The notes: generated by a model not told the origin, from the sequence alone. A stretch of DNA of 64,000 nucleotides from Bacilli bacterium (GCA_051872395.1 JBJEDU010000032.1:502-64501); one strand, 5' to 3'; counted from the first letter of the stretch, positions 10,260-19,986 are shown. Numbers and translations are program-made.

Positions 10260-11213
10260 ATGTTTGATATTTTAATAGAGAAAATAAATAGATTTGATTC
10301 TATCGTTATTTTTCCACATCGAAACCCTGATGGAGACTGCTATGGCGCAGCGGTCGCACTCAAAGAAGTGATATTAACAAATTTCAAAAATAAAAATGTT
10401 TACATTTCAAGTTCTGGATTAGAAGAATTTTTCGATGTTTTAACTCCGACTGATATTGTTAGCGATGAAATAATTAAAAACTCACTTGGAATTATTGTTG
10501 ATTGTTCTTTGTTTAACCGTGTCGAAGACCAAAGAGTAACTACTTGTTTAGATTTACTCGCTATCGATCATCACGTCGATGATAGCGAAAAAGGTTTATT
10601 AACTATTAAAGATAAAAACATTAATTCAAGTTGTGAATTACTCGTTGATATTTTTAAAGAATTAGATTTTGTTATTAATGTCAAATGTGCGACAAGTTTA
10701 TGCTTAGGAATCGTTACTGATTCTGGTTTTTGTCATTTTTCAAAAGACTTTTCAAAGACCTTTTCCTCTTTAGCGTATCTTGTTGATTTAGGGGCAAAAA
10801 TTACTGATATTATCGATGTTTTATCAATTCAAGACACTAATACGTTAGATTTTAAAGCCTACTTATATTCTTCGTATAATACTTTACCTTGTGGAGTTAT
10901 TTATATTGTTTTAGACCAAAAAGCTTTAAAATCATTTCATATGAGCGCTAGCGAAGCATTAACTTATGTTAATTCTATCGCTAATGTCACTAATTATTCA
11001 GTGTGGATTGCTTTCATTGAAAATAGTGATGGTTCGATGCAAGTTGAATTTAGAGGTAAAAATGTTGATGTTCATTACTTAGCGACCCTTTTTGGTGGTG
11101 GCGGACATATTTCGGCGAGTGGATGTCGTATCAATAAATTTTCTAAAGAAAAAATCAATGAAGTATTATATTCGTGTGAAAACTATTTATTAGATTTATC
11201 AGGAGACAAATAA
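10260..11213 (+). CDS. nrnA: DHH/DHHA1 phosphoesterase (NrnA-type bifunctional oligoribonuclease / pAp phosphatase)
   Basis: Motifs HRNPDGD and LAIDHHVDD (DHH), and GGGGHISASG (DHHA1 GGGH). Confidence 0.8.
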   Translation: MFDILIEKINRFDSIVIFPHRNPDGDCYGAAVALKEVILTNFKNKNVYISSSGLEEFFDVLTPTDIVSDEIIKNSLGIIVDCSLFNRVEDQRVTTCLDLLAIDHHVDDSEKGLLTIKDKNINSSCELLVDIFKELDFVINVKCATSLCLGIVTDSGFCHFSKDFSKTFSSLAYLVDLGAKITDIIDVLSIQDTNTLDFKAYLYSSYNTLPCGVIYIVLDQKALKSFHMSASEALTYVNSIANVTNYSVWIAFIENSDGSMQVEFRGKNVDVHYLATLFGGGGHISASGCRINKFSKEKINEVLYSCENYLLDLSGDK

Positions 11214-11215
11214 TT

Positions 11216-11995
11216 ATGTATGAAAGAGAATTAAATAAAATGATTGAAGCCGCGTTAGTGGCTAAAGAAAAAATTATGGAAATTTATAATTCCCATAGTT
11301 TAAATGTGGAAATTAAAGAAGATAATTCTCCTGTTACTCGTGCGGATAAAGCCGCGGATTTAATTATTAGAGAAATATTGAAAAAATATTTCCCTACCTA
11401 TGCTTTCTTAACAGAAGAAAGTGATGATGATTTATCGCGTTTAGATTCTGATTATGTTTTTATTGTTGACCCAGTCGATGGAACAAAAGATTTTATCGCT
11501 CGCGATGATCAATTTACCACTAATATCGGTTTAGCGTATAAACATGAAGTGGTGGCAGGAGTAATTTGTATCCCTGCGACTGGAGAAATATATTATGCTT
11601 CCAAAGGTCAAGGTGCTTATTATTTAGTTAATGGTGTTTCAACTAAAATCCATGTCAATGATAAAACTAGTGATTTAACTTGTTTAACTAGTGTCTTCCA
11701 TTTAAATGAAGAAGAAAAGAAATTGATTGAAAAACATCATGATAAAATCACTCATGTTGAAAAAAGAGGTTCTTCAATAAAAGCTTGTCATATCGCTCAT
11801 GGAAAAGCAGAAATCTCTTATCGAATGTCACCAAACACTAAAGAATGGGATACTTCAGCGAGTCAAATTATAGTTATTGAAGCTGGTGGGGTATTTTTAG
11901 AACCTGATAAATCAGAAATTAAATATAATCGAAAAGATGTTTATAATCGAAAAGGTTATATTATCGCTAATAGAATTGAAAATTTCTTAGTTTAA
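11216..11995 (+). CDS. Inositol monophosphatase / CysQ-family 3'(2'),5'-bisphosphate nucleotidase
   Basis: Motifs FIVDPVDGTKDF and WDTSASQIIVIEAGG. The stop of nrnA and this start are 2 nt apart. Confidence 0.8.
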   Translation: MYERELNKMIEAALVAKEKIMEIYNSHSLNVEIKEDNSPVTRADKAADLIIREILKKYFPTYAFLTEESDDDLSRLDSDYVFIVDPVDGTKDFIARDDQFTTNIGLAYKHEVVAGVICIPATGEIYYASKGQGAYYLVNGVSTKIHVNDKTSDLTCLTSVFHLNEEEKKLIEKHHDKITHVEKRGSSIKACHIAHGKAEISYRMSPNTKEWDTSASQIIVIEAGGVFLEPDKSEIKYNRKDVYNRKGYIIANRIENFLV

Positions 11996-12011
11996 TATTT
12001 AATTTAAAAAA

Positions 12012-12047
12012 ATAATAAAAAGCCTGATTAAATCAGGCTTATTTTTT
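12012..12047. terminator. Bidirectional intrinsic terminator. It serves the + strand nrnA/cysQ-like operon and the − strand nfu–tRNA-Gln–tRNA-Arg unit.
   Basis: AGCCTGAT-TAA-ATCAGGCT hairpin flanked by an A-run upstream and a T-run downstream. Confidence 0.7.
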
Positions 12048-12050
12048 GTG

Positions 12051-12127
12051 TGGCGCGCTCAGCAAGACTCGAACTCGCAACCTTCAGATTCGAAGTCTGA
12101 CATTCTATCCGATTGAATTATGAGCGC
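12051..12127 (-). tRNA. tRNA-Arg (anticodon TCG)
   Basis: 77-nt cloverleaf read on the minus strand: GCGCTCA...CUUCGAA anticodon loop...TGAGCGC-G-CCA. CCA is encoded. Confidence 0.85.
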
Positions 12128-12151
12128 ATATATAAATTTTTGTTTTTTCTT

Positions 12152-12226
12152 TGGCTGGGGTAAGTGGATTCGGACCACTGCATACCAGTTTCAGAGACTA
12201 GTGCCTTACCGCTTGGCGATACCCCA
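12152..12226 (-). tRNA. tRNA-Gln (anticodon CTG)
   Basis: UGGGGUA acceptor stem, anticodon loop CUCUGAA, G73, encoded CCA. Resembles bacterial tRNA-Gln. Confidence 0.8.
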
Positions 12227-12230
12227 ATTT

Positions 12231-12494
12231 CTATTTGTTATTGTTGTGCTTATCAATTTGTTCTTGAGTGGCCATTCTAACTTCCACAACACCTGGAACT
12301 TCTTCTTGTAAAATGACTTCCACTAATTGTTTGATATCTTGATCAGCGAAAGCACAATCGCGGCACGCACCATGCAATGTCACATAAACGATACCATCAT
12401 TAAATTCGATGAATTCAACATCTCCTCCATCTTTTTGTAAGAAATGTCTTAATTTATCAAGTGTTTCAATAACTAATTTTTCTACTTCTTCCAT
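12231..12494 (-). CDS. NifU-like (Nfu-type) Fe-S cluster carrier protein
   Basis: GGDVEF...TLHGACRDCAF CxxC motif. 87 aa. Its stop is 4 nt upstream of tRNA-Gln, so they are probably cotranscribed. Confidence 0.75.
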   Translation of the reverse strand: MEEVEKLVIETLDKLRHFLQKDGGDVEFIEFNDGIVYVTLHGACRDCAFADQDIKQLVEVILQEEVPGVVEVRMATQEQIDKHNNNK

Positions 12495-12546
12495 AGCGAT
12501 TATGATTTTACCACAAGTTTAATAAAAATTAATAATATAATATATA

Positions 12547-13137
12547 TTATTTTAGAAAAAAGTTCTTAATGGCGAGTCCGTTAGTGATTCTTAAGGCATC
12601 AGCGATTTGACTCAAAGAACCTTCATAATCATTTTTTGCCCAATCAACAATGAGAGCGACACTGCCATAAACCATATAAATAACTACTGGTTTAACTTCA
12701 TCTTCTTTAAAATTTAATATTTGAGAGAATTTTTTAACAAATTCTTTTGTAACATATTCAACAATACTATCAGCGATGAATGTTTTGAATTTATCTTGAA
12801 TAATAAAATTAACGTAATTCTTATTATTTTTTAAATATTTTAAAATTGATTCGATACGTTCTTTTTTAAGATTTAATTCACCATCGCTTGACAATATTTC
12901 AATGCATTTAGTTAAAAACTTATCGGATATGTCTTTACAAACATCATCGACATTTTGATAATGCAAATAAAAAGTACCACGATTAATTTGAGCTTCTTTA
13001 ACTAAATCAGTGACTGTAATTTTTTTATCTTCTGATTCATTAGAGAGCTTAATATAAGCGTCACATATTAATTTTTCGGTTGTTTTGTAACGTAAATCAT
13101 TTTTATTCATGGAATTATTATACAAAATAATCAACAA
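12547..13137 (-). CDS. TetR/AcrR-family transcriptional regulator
   Basis: N-terminal HTH TVTDLVKEAQINRGTFYLHYQNVDDV. It is divergent from an ABC exporter pair. Confidence 0.85.
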   Translation of the reverse strand: MLIILYNNSMNKNDLRYKTTEKLICDAYIKLSNESEDKKITVTDLVKEAQINRGTFYLHYQNVDDVCKDISDKFLTKCIEILSSDGELNLKKERIESILKYLKNNKNYVNFIIQDKFKTFIADSIVEYVTKEFVKKFSQILNFKEDEVKPVVIYMVYGSVALIVDWAKNDYEGSLSQIADALRITNGLAIKNFFLK

Positions 13138-13209
13138 TTGTTCAATAAGTAGACAAATGTTTATCTTTTATTTATTGAAAGGAATCGTTAAATTATTAAT
13201 AATATTAAT

Positions 13210-13923
13210 ATGAAAAAGAAAAATGTTATTTTATCTTCGAAAAATCTCACCAAGGAATATATGAATGGTGAATCATCATTTAAAGCTTTAGATGATGTTT
13301 CTTTTGATATTTATGAAGGTGAATTAGTGGTTATATTAGGTCCTTCTGGCGCTGGAAAGACTACTTTATTAAATCTTATTGGTGGAATGGATAATCCTTC
13401 GAGTGGAGAATTGTTTGTTGATAATGAAAATATTGTGAAGTTCGATAAAAAACAATTAGCGTTATATCGAAGAAATAAAGTCGGATTTGTATTTCAATTT
13501 TATAATTTAATGCCTAATTTAACTGCTTTAGAAAATGTTGAATTAGCGACCGAACTAAAAAAAGATTCTTTGAGTCCTGAAGAAGTATTACTTTCTTTGA
13601 ATTTAGGAGATAAAATGAATAATTTTCCTTCACAGTTAAGTGGTGGAGAACAACAAAGAGTTTCAATTGCGCGTGCCTTAGCGAAAAACCCCAAAATTAT
13701 TTTATGTGATGAACCAACAGGTGCGCTTGATTATAATACTGGGAAATTAATTCTTGGTATATTACAAAAGATGGCCAAAGATAATAATCAAACTGTTTTA
13801 ATTGTCACCCATAATAGCGCTTTAAAAGATATGGGAAATAAGACCATCTATATTAAAAATGGACGAATTGAAAATATCCAATTGAATAAAAAGCCAATGA
13901 ACATCAAAGATATTGTGTGGTAG
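13210..13923 (+). CDS. ABC transporter ATP-binding protein (MacB/LolD-like)
   Basis: Walker [10 protein letters not shown], signature [15 protein letters not shown], Walker [13 protein letters not shown]-loop VTHN. Confidence 0.9.
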   Translation: MKKKNVILSSKNLTKEYMNGESSFKALDDVSFDIYEGELVVILGPSGAGKTTLLNLIGGMDNPSSGELFVDNENIVKFDKKQLALYRRNKVGFVFQFYNLMPNLTALENVELATELKKDSLSPEEVLLSLNLGDKMNNFPSQLSGGEQQRVSIARALAKNPKIILCDEPTGALDYNTGKLILGILQKMAKDNNQTVLIVTHNSALKDMGNKTIYIKNGRIENIQLNKKPMNIKDIVW

Positions 13924-13929
13924 TGGTAT

Positions 13930-15837
13930 ATGAAAGCTTCTTCAAAATCAATTCTTCGATCGTTTAAAAGTAACTGGTTGAGATTCATTTTAATTTCATC
14001 CATTATTATGGTTTCTTTAATTTTATCTAGCGGGTTAGGCTCCACTCCATCGACTATCAAGAAATCATATTTTCAAACGCTAAAATCTAATGATATTTCA
14101 GATGTCATTATTAAATCCACTAATGAAAGTGGGTTCACATCTAAAGAGTTAGAAATATTAGCTAATGAAAATAATTTTCCTAATATTAATGTTTATACTA
14201 CTTTTGATTTAATTAATGATGAAAATGATCCTGAGTCTAATTATACGAGATATTATTTTTATAATTTTGAGGAATTAGATGAAAATGGTGTAATGAAATT
14301 TGATAATAATAAACTAACTTTAAAAGAAGGTCGCTTACCTGAAAACGGAAATGAAGTCATTGTTGAACAAGGTGGGGGATCAAGAAAAAGATGGAATTTA
14401 GGAGATACAATTTCATGCCAAATTAATAATTTTTCATTAAATTTTGAAATAGTTGGCTTTGTTAACAATCCACTTTATTCTTCTACTTTACAAGAACCAT
14501 CTATTGTCGACACTGAAAGTTTAGTCGATACCATATGTTATTTCGATACGAAATTCGCTATCGGGGAAATTAAAATTACTATTGGATCTATTGAAATAGC
14601 GATTATTAATCAAGTGTTGCCAAAAAATGAAGCAAGCTTGGAATTATTTTTTGGTTTTTATAATTTAACAAGTAATAAATATATTGATAGTGTCAAAGAA
14701 AAAATTAATTTTATTAGAAAAACATATTTGATGGAATCAAATGATGTCGCGTATTTAACTTTGCAAGAAAATGTTGGAGTTGCTTCCTTTAAAACTTACA
14801 TTAATAAAATTATTATTATCAGTTTTATTTTTCCTTTATTATTTATTCTTATTTGCTCTTTGGTTTGTTCAATTTCTTTCTCTAAATATGTTAAAGATGA
14901 AAGAAATTATATTGCTTGTAATGTTTCTTTAGGAATTAGTGAAAAACAAATCTCGAAAAAATATTATATATTTGCGATTATGTCAGTGCTTATTGGTGGT
15001 ATCAGTGGTTTGATTATTGGTCTACTTCTCATTCCTTATGTTATATTTCCTGCTTTTACTGTCATGTTCTTTATCAATGAATTATTATATTCTTTCGATA
15101 TTTTAATTGGCATTTTATCTTTATCCTTCATTTTAATTATTGCCATACTAATTATTTATATGATTTTAAAGGCAAACTTCAAAGAAAAACCAGCAGAATT
15201 ATTGACTAATCCTGCTCCTAAACCAGGAAAGAAAATATTACTCGAACGTATGTCTTTTATTTGGAAAAGATTATCTTTTAAAGTGAAATCATCGATAAGA
15301 AATGTTTTTAGATATAAGAAAAATTCTATTTTGATTTTGGTTTCTAATTTAGGATCTTCTCTTTTATTATTTTTAGGTTTTGGTCTATTAGATAATTCTT
15401 ATGAAATGAATAATGATCCAATATTTAATAATATTTCGGAACCGATGAAAATTATTGCTTTAGTTATTACGATTATTTCAGTGTTACTTTCTTCTTTAAT
15501 ATCTTTCAATTTAATCAATATGAATGTCTCTCAAAGGCAGAGAGAAATTGCCACTTTAAAGGTACTTGGCTATAAAGATATTGAATGTTCACTATATACT
15601 TTTAGAGAAATATTTTCTATCGCTGTTATCGGTTCTTTTTTAGGTGTTCCAACTGGATACCTCATTTTAGATTTTGTTTTGAAGTGGCTAGAATTTGGTT
15701 CGTCGAGTTATATTAATTGGTATTCTTATTTATTCCCGACTTTGATTGTTATTATATTGACGATATTTGTTAATTTCTTAATTTATCCTCGTATTTCAAA
15801 AATTGATATGAATGAATCTTTGAAAACCATCGATTAA
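13930..15837 (+). CDS. FtsX-like ABC permease (635 aa) partnered with the upstream ATPase
   Basis: N-terminal TM helix, a large extracytoplasmic domain, then repeated 3-TM FtsX modules (two modules, MacB/YknZ-like architecture). Confidence 0.8.
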   Translation: MKASSKSILRSFKSNWLRFILISSIIMVSLILSSGLGSTPSTIKKSYFQTLKSNDISDVIIKSTNESGFTSKELEILANENNFPNINVYTTFDLINDENDPESNYTRYYFYNFEELDENGVMKFDNNKLTLKEGRLPENGNEVIVEQGGGSRKRWNLGDTISCQINNFSLNFEIVGFVNNPLYSSTLQEPSIVDTESLVDTICYFDTKFAIGEIKITIGSIEIAIINQVLPKNEASLELFFGFYNLTSNKYIDSVKEKINFIRKTYLMESNDVAYLTLQENVGVASFKTYINKIIIISFIFPLLFILICSLVCSISFSKYVKDERNYIACNVSLGISEKQISKKYYIFAIMSVLIGGISGLIIGLLLIPYVIFPAFTVMFFINELLYSFDILIGILSLSFILIIAILIIYMILKANFKEKPAELLTNPAPKPGKKILLERMSFIWKRLSFKVKSSIRNVFRYKKNSILILVSNLGSSLLLFLGFGLLDNSYEMNNDPIFNNISEPMKIIALVITIISVLLSSLISFNLINMNVSQRQREIATLKVLGYKDIECSLYTFREIFSIAVIGSFLGVPTGYLILDFVLKWLEFGSSSYINWYSYLFPTLIVIILTIFVNFLIYPRISKIDMNESLKTID

Positions 15838-15850
15838 AAATAATGATTTA

Positions 15851-16300
15851 TTGCATATTAAATGTTATAATACATTTACTATGGCAAAGGTTGTTTTAGA
15901 ATCTAAAAATGATTGTGTCGCTTTGATGTATGGGTTAACTCAGCTTACCCCATCTGATTTATATTCTCAATGCGCTTTATCCCTTTCTAGTGAATGTATC
16001 AATATTTATAACGATAATTGTTATGATTTAACCGATGCGAATGGCAATCATGTTCATAAAATTCGTATCAGTGTTCCTCTTAGTCAACTTATCTCTATCA
16101 CTGTTACAAAATATAATAAGAATAAAAAATTTAAAGATTTAAGAAAATTATCTTTAATTGTTGATTCTCAAGAAATGTCAATTAATGTTTTTTATTACAA
16201 AAAAGACGATAAAATTGTTAACAATTTTTTAAATATGCTAAAAAAATATAAAAAAGTGAAAATCACGAATATCACTTGCAATTTACATGAGGATTATTAA
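15851..16300 (+). CDS. Hypothetical protein (149 aa)
   Basis: ORF with no recognisable motifs. It ends 3 nt before the dehydrogenase start. The first ATG may be internal (MAKVV at 15881). Confidence 0.4.
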   Translation: MHIKCYNTFTMAKVVLESKNDCVALMYGLTQLTPSDLYSQCALSLSSECINIYNDNCYDLTDANGNHVHKIRISVPLSQLISITVTKYNKNKKFKDLRKLSLIVDSQEMSINVFYYKKDDKIVNNFLNMLKKYKKVKITNITCNLHEDY

Positions 16301-16303
16301 TTG

Positions 16304-17491
16304 ATGTTTTCTATTATTGGCTTAGGCTATGTTGGAAGTGCTAATGCGACTTTTTTGGCTAAATCAAATGATGTTTATATTTACGATATCGATTCTAAAA
16401 AAGTTGATGCTTTATATTTAAAAAAACCTTTGATAAAAGACAAAGAATTATCAATTGCTTTAAAAGATAAAAATATCAAATTTATAAAAGGAGATTTCTT
16501 CACTAATATCAAAAATAGTGAATTTGTTTTGATTGCGACTTCGACAAATTTCGATGTCGAAAAAGAAAATTTAGATATTTCCTCTATTTGTGATGTTATT
16601 AGTAAAGTTAAAGATATTAATCCAGATGTTACTTTTATTATTCGTTCGACTGTTCCTATTGGAACTTGTCGATATTTAAAAGAAAAATATAAAATTAATA
16701 ATCTTATTTTCATGCCAGAATTTTTAAAAGAAGGTGAATCTTATTTAAACACTGTTCTACCTTCAAGATTAATTTTTGGTTATGATAAATCTAATGAATA
16801 TTTGACAAAAAAAGTTGATAAAATTGAAAAAATTTATACTTCATTATCTTTAGATAATAAAGTTAAAATATTTCACATGAATTATGAAGAAGCTGAATCG
16901 ACAAAATTATTTTCCAATACCTTTTTAGCGCTTCGTGTCGCTTATTTTAATGAATTGGATACATTTGCAAAAATGAATAATTTATCGAGCAAGGATATTA
17001 TCGAAGGTGTATGCGCGGATTCTCGCATTGGAAATTTTTATAATAATCCTTCCTTTGGTTATGGGGGATATTGTCTTCCAAAAGATAGTCGAGCGTTAAA
17101 ATCTTTATTTAAAAATATTCCTAATAACATTATTTCTAGTTGTATCGACGCGAATGAAACTAGAAAAGAATTTATTGCGAACGATATCTTAACAAGTGCA
17201 TTAAATATTTCTTCTAATCCAACGATTGGATTTTATTTATTAACGATGAAAAAAGATTCTGATAATTATCGGGAATCTTCCTCATTAAAATTATTAGAAT
17301 TATTGAAAAATAAAAATGTTAATTTATTAATTTATGAACCACTTATAAAAGAAGATGAATTTAACGGTATTAAAGTGATAAAAAATCTTGATGAATTTTT
17401 ATCTATATCAACGCTTGTAGTAATGAACCGTATTAATAAAAATATCAAACATTCTCATATTTATAGTCGGGACATATTTAATAAAGATTAA
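16304..17491 (+). CDS. Nucleotide-sugar dehydrogenase (UDP-glucose / UDP-ManNAc 6-dehydrogenase family)
   Basis: N-terminal Rossmann IIGLGYVGSANATFLA. Catalytic Cys motif GGYCLPKD. The listed start at 16301 is TTG and the ATG is at 16304. Confidence 0.85.
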   Translation: MFSIIGLGYVGSANATFLAKSNDVYIYDIDSKKVDALYLKKPLIKDKELSIALKDKNIKFIKGDFFTNIKNSEFVLIATSTNFDVEKENLDISSICDVISKVKDINPDVTFIIRSTVPIGTCRYLKEKYKINNLIFMPEFLKEGESYLNTVLPSRLIFGYDKSNEYLTKKVDKIEKIYTSLSLDNKVKIFHMNYEEAESTKLFSNTFLALRVAYFNELDTFAKMNNLSSKDIIEGVCADSRIGNFYNNPSFGYGGYCLPKDSRALKSLFKNIPNNIISSCIDANETRKEFIANDILTSALNISSNPTIGFYLLTMKKDSDNYRESSSLKLLELLKNKNVNLLIYEPLIKEDEFNGIKVIKNLDEFLSISTLVVMNRINKNIKHSHIYSRDIFNKD

Positions 17492-17522
17492 TATTTTTAT
17501 TAAATAATGTATAATATCAAAT

Positions 17523-18815
17523 ATGATTGAGCTTAAAAATTTAGAAATTTCCAAATCAAAAAAGAAGAATGATAAAGTTAACGTTATGTTCCCTTTAGGA
17601 ATATATTATTTAGATTCTTATAGTAAACATATTTTCTCTTTTCTTTTATTCGATAAGGAATTAGAACAAGTTAAAGGTCAATTATTAGTTGATGATGTCG
17701 ATTTATTTAGTAGCGAAGATTCTACTTTCTTTTCTTTAAAAATCAACTCTAAATTTGGTTCTTTTTATTCCTTTTTTGTAGTTGATAAAAACGACAAAGA
17801 AAATCAAAGAGCAGAGATTATTAATGCTTTTCAAGCATTGAAAGATTTGCCTCATGAAAACGAAGAACAAATCAAAGAAAAGATTTTAGCGTTATTTAAT
17901 TTATATGTTGAGAAAAACGCGAAATATATTTGTGTTGATTTTAATGAAGTAGCGAATAAAGAACATGAAAATATCATTATTGAAAACATGACTGATTTCC
18001 AAGAAAAATTAACTTTCATTTGTTTGAAAAGGAAAGTCATTATAAAAGAGGATGAAATTAAAAAAGATAATTCTTCTATTAAATCTAATGAAGAAGATGA
18101 ACTAATAGAAGAAAATTATTCAAATGAAGAGGTTAATAAAGAGAATGTTGAAACTCAAGCAAATGTCACCTCTTTAAATTTCAAAGGAATGGAAGATCAT
18201 GTTGAAATCGATAAAAAAGAAACCGCGCCTCTATTAGAATTTGATACTTTTAATATTGGATTTATTGCTGAAGAAAAGGAAAATAAACCAAGCGAAAAGA
18301 AGAAAAAGAAAAATATTACTAAACCAATAAAAAAATTCGTTGGTTTCTTCAATAGAAATGTTCTTGTTAGTGTATTAATTTCTTTTGCTTGTTTACTTAT
18401 CGTTTTGTTCTCTATGCTTTTAATCTATTCGTTTAAACATAGTAAATTGTTTGATTCTATCTTAATTTTATTAGTGACAATCATATCATTCTCTGTTTCT
18501 ACTTTCATACAAGTATCTTCTTTTGACTTTTTAAAAGGGAAACCGATTAAAATGCAAAAAGAAAAATATGTCTACACTTTAGTGCTCATTGAATTATCAA
18601 CGTTTGTCGGTATTGCTTTAGGCTATGGTATATTTGCGTTATTTTATAATTTAAATTTCTTGTTAGATAGCGAAAAATATATTGCCGTTTATTCAATTGT
18701 CGCTATCATTTTATCTATTGTTGCCTTTATTGTTCCTTTACTTGCTCCAATCGTGTTAAAGATTGCAAAAAAGGTTAAATTATTTTTTACAAGCGCAGGT
18801 ATTAAAAATAAATAG
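17523..18815 (+). CDS. Hypothetical membrane protein: roughly 270-aa acidic cytoplasmic N-domain plus four C-terminal TM helices
   Basis: ORF with a K/E-rich linker and hydrophobic segments from about residue 290 onwards. No known motifs. Confidence 0.45.
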   Translation: MIELKNLEISKSKKKNDKVNVMFPLGIYYLDSYSKHIFSFLLFDKELEQVKGQLLVDDVDLFSSEDSTFFSLKINSKFGSFYSFFVVDKNDKENQRAEIINAFQALKDLPHENEEQIKEKILALFNLYVEKNAKYICVDFNEVANKEHENIIIENMTDFQEKLTFICLKRKVIIKEDEIKKDNSSIKSNEEDELIEENYSNEEVNKENVETQANVTSLNFKGMEDHVEIDKKETAPLLEFDTFNIGFIAEEKENKPSEKKKKKNITKPIKKFVGFFNRNVLVSVLISFACLLIVLFSMLLIYSFKHSKLFDSILILLVTIISFSVSTFIQVSSFDFLKGKPIKMQKEKYVYTLVLIELSTFVGIALGYGIFALFYNLNFLLDSEKYIAVYSIVAIILSIVAFIVPLLAPIVLKIAKKVKLFFTSAGIKNK

Positions 18816-19668
18816 ATACTGCTTTATATGCATCAGTCGCTAAATCGATGAAATGCTTCGCTACTTCCTTGAAGTTGTAGCCGTGGATTTCGCCTTCTTT
18901 ATTAAAGTGTTTAAATTCCGCTAAAAAGGCCCATTGTAAGGCGATAGCGATTCTAAATAAATAGAACTTAATTTTTTTATTATCATCTAATTCATCTTGA
19001 TAATATGCTTCTAATAATTTTTCACCATCGATTAATTTATCGTTGGCAAAACACGCTATATCGTAGAGTGGATCATTTTTCATCATAAATTCAAAATCAA
19101 TTAATAAATATTGATTGTCATCTGATAAAACTATATTACTTTTTTGTAAATCGTTATGAGATAATACTTTCTCTCCGTTTTCTAATAAACTTCTTTTAGA
19201 AAAAATAAATTTTTCTAATTCTAATAATTTAGTGTCGTATTTTAAATTATTTTTTATCCCTAATTGATGATAGTCAGTAATTTGTTTAAATATATCGTAA
19301 GTAAGATTTACTCCGTCAGTGGAAACTCGATGGAGTTTTTTTAAAGATTCCGCTAAAGCGGAAATATCAATTTCTTCATCCTTTAAAAAATTTAAAGAAG
19401 TTCCTTCGATGAATTCATTAATTTTAATTCCTGTCTCAACATCAAAATATATATTTTTGCTAGTTAATCCTGCTTCATAAACTTTTCTTTGAACAAGTTT
19501 TTCATTGTCACGGTCCACTAAATCATTTGAACCTTTTCCAGGAATATAAATAATATATCTTTTATTATTTGATGAAACTAAATATGATTCATTCATCATT
19601 CCACCAAATATTCTTTTCTCTATTTTATATTCATTAAAGACTTTATTTAATATTGTAGTTTCTTTCAT
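18802..19668 (-). CDS. Choline/ethanolamine kinase–aminoglycoside phosphotransferase family kinase (LicA-like)
   Basis: Catalytic loop HNDLQKSNIVL and Mg-binding LIDFEF (the Brenner motif HxDxxxxN...D). Confidence 0.75.
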   Translation of the reverse strand: MKETTILNKVFNEYKIEKRIFGGMMNESYLVSSNNKRYIIYIPGKGSNDLVDRDNEKLVQRKVYEAGLTSKNIYFDVETGIKINEFIEGTSLNFLKDEEIDISALAESLKKLHRVSTDGVNLTYDIFKQITDYHQLGIKNNLKYDTKLLELEKFIFSKRSLLENGEKVLSHNDLQKSNIVLSDDNQYLLIDFEFMMKNDPLYDIACFANDKLIDGEKLLEAYYQDELDDNKKIKFYLFRIAIALQWAFLAEFKHFNKEGEIHGYNFKEVAKHFIDLATDAYKAVSIYF

Positions 19669-19700
19669 ATTTTTCTCACTTTTCTCTCTTTTCAGATATT

Positions 19701-19731
19701 AAAAAACCTAGATTTATCTAGGAGATTTTTT
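19701..19731. terminator. Palindromic intrinsic terminator downstream (minus strand) of the 5-tRNA operon
   Basis: AAAAAACCTAGAT-TTAT-CTAGGAGATTTTTT. The same CCTAGAT/ATCTAGG hairpin recurs at 28754. Confidence 0.7.
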
Positions 19732-19886
19732 ATTATTGCTTAGAATAAGTTTAAAGTGATTTAGCATTTCACTCTCTTTTTTATAACCCAAGCAGTATTT
19801 ATAATGTCATATTTAATTATGCATTTCAATAAAAAATGTCTAGCATAAAATAAAAAACCTCGATGTAATCGAGGGATTTTTAATAG

Positions 19887-19975
19887 TGGTGCCCGGAACC
19901 GGAATCGAACCGGTATGGAATTTTACTTCCGCAGGATTTTAAGTCCTGTGCGTCTACCTATTCCGCCACCCGGGC
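19887..19975 (-). tRNA. tRNA-Leu (anticodon TAA)
   Basis: GCCCGGG acceptor, anticodon loop CUUAAAA, long variable arm, encoded CCA. Confidence 0.85.
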
Positions 19976-19986
19976 ATAGACGATTT

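Noticed and set aside
12120-12311. 63-aa ORF on the + strand
   Set aside because: It lies entirely antisense to and overlapping tRNA-Arg and tRNA-Gln, with no RBS. It is an artefact of open frames across tRNA genes.
17523-17620. The N-terminus MIELKNLEIS of the 17523 ORF resembles the MIELKNINLS start of the ABC gene at 2066
   Set aside because: No Walker A, signature or Walker B motifs follow. MIELKN is a common low-complexity start in AT-rich genomes, so this is not a degraded ABC domain.
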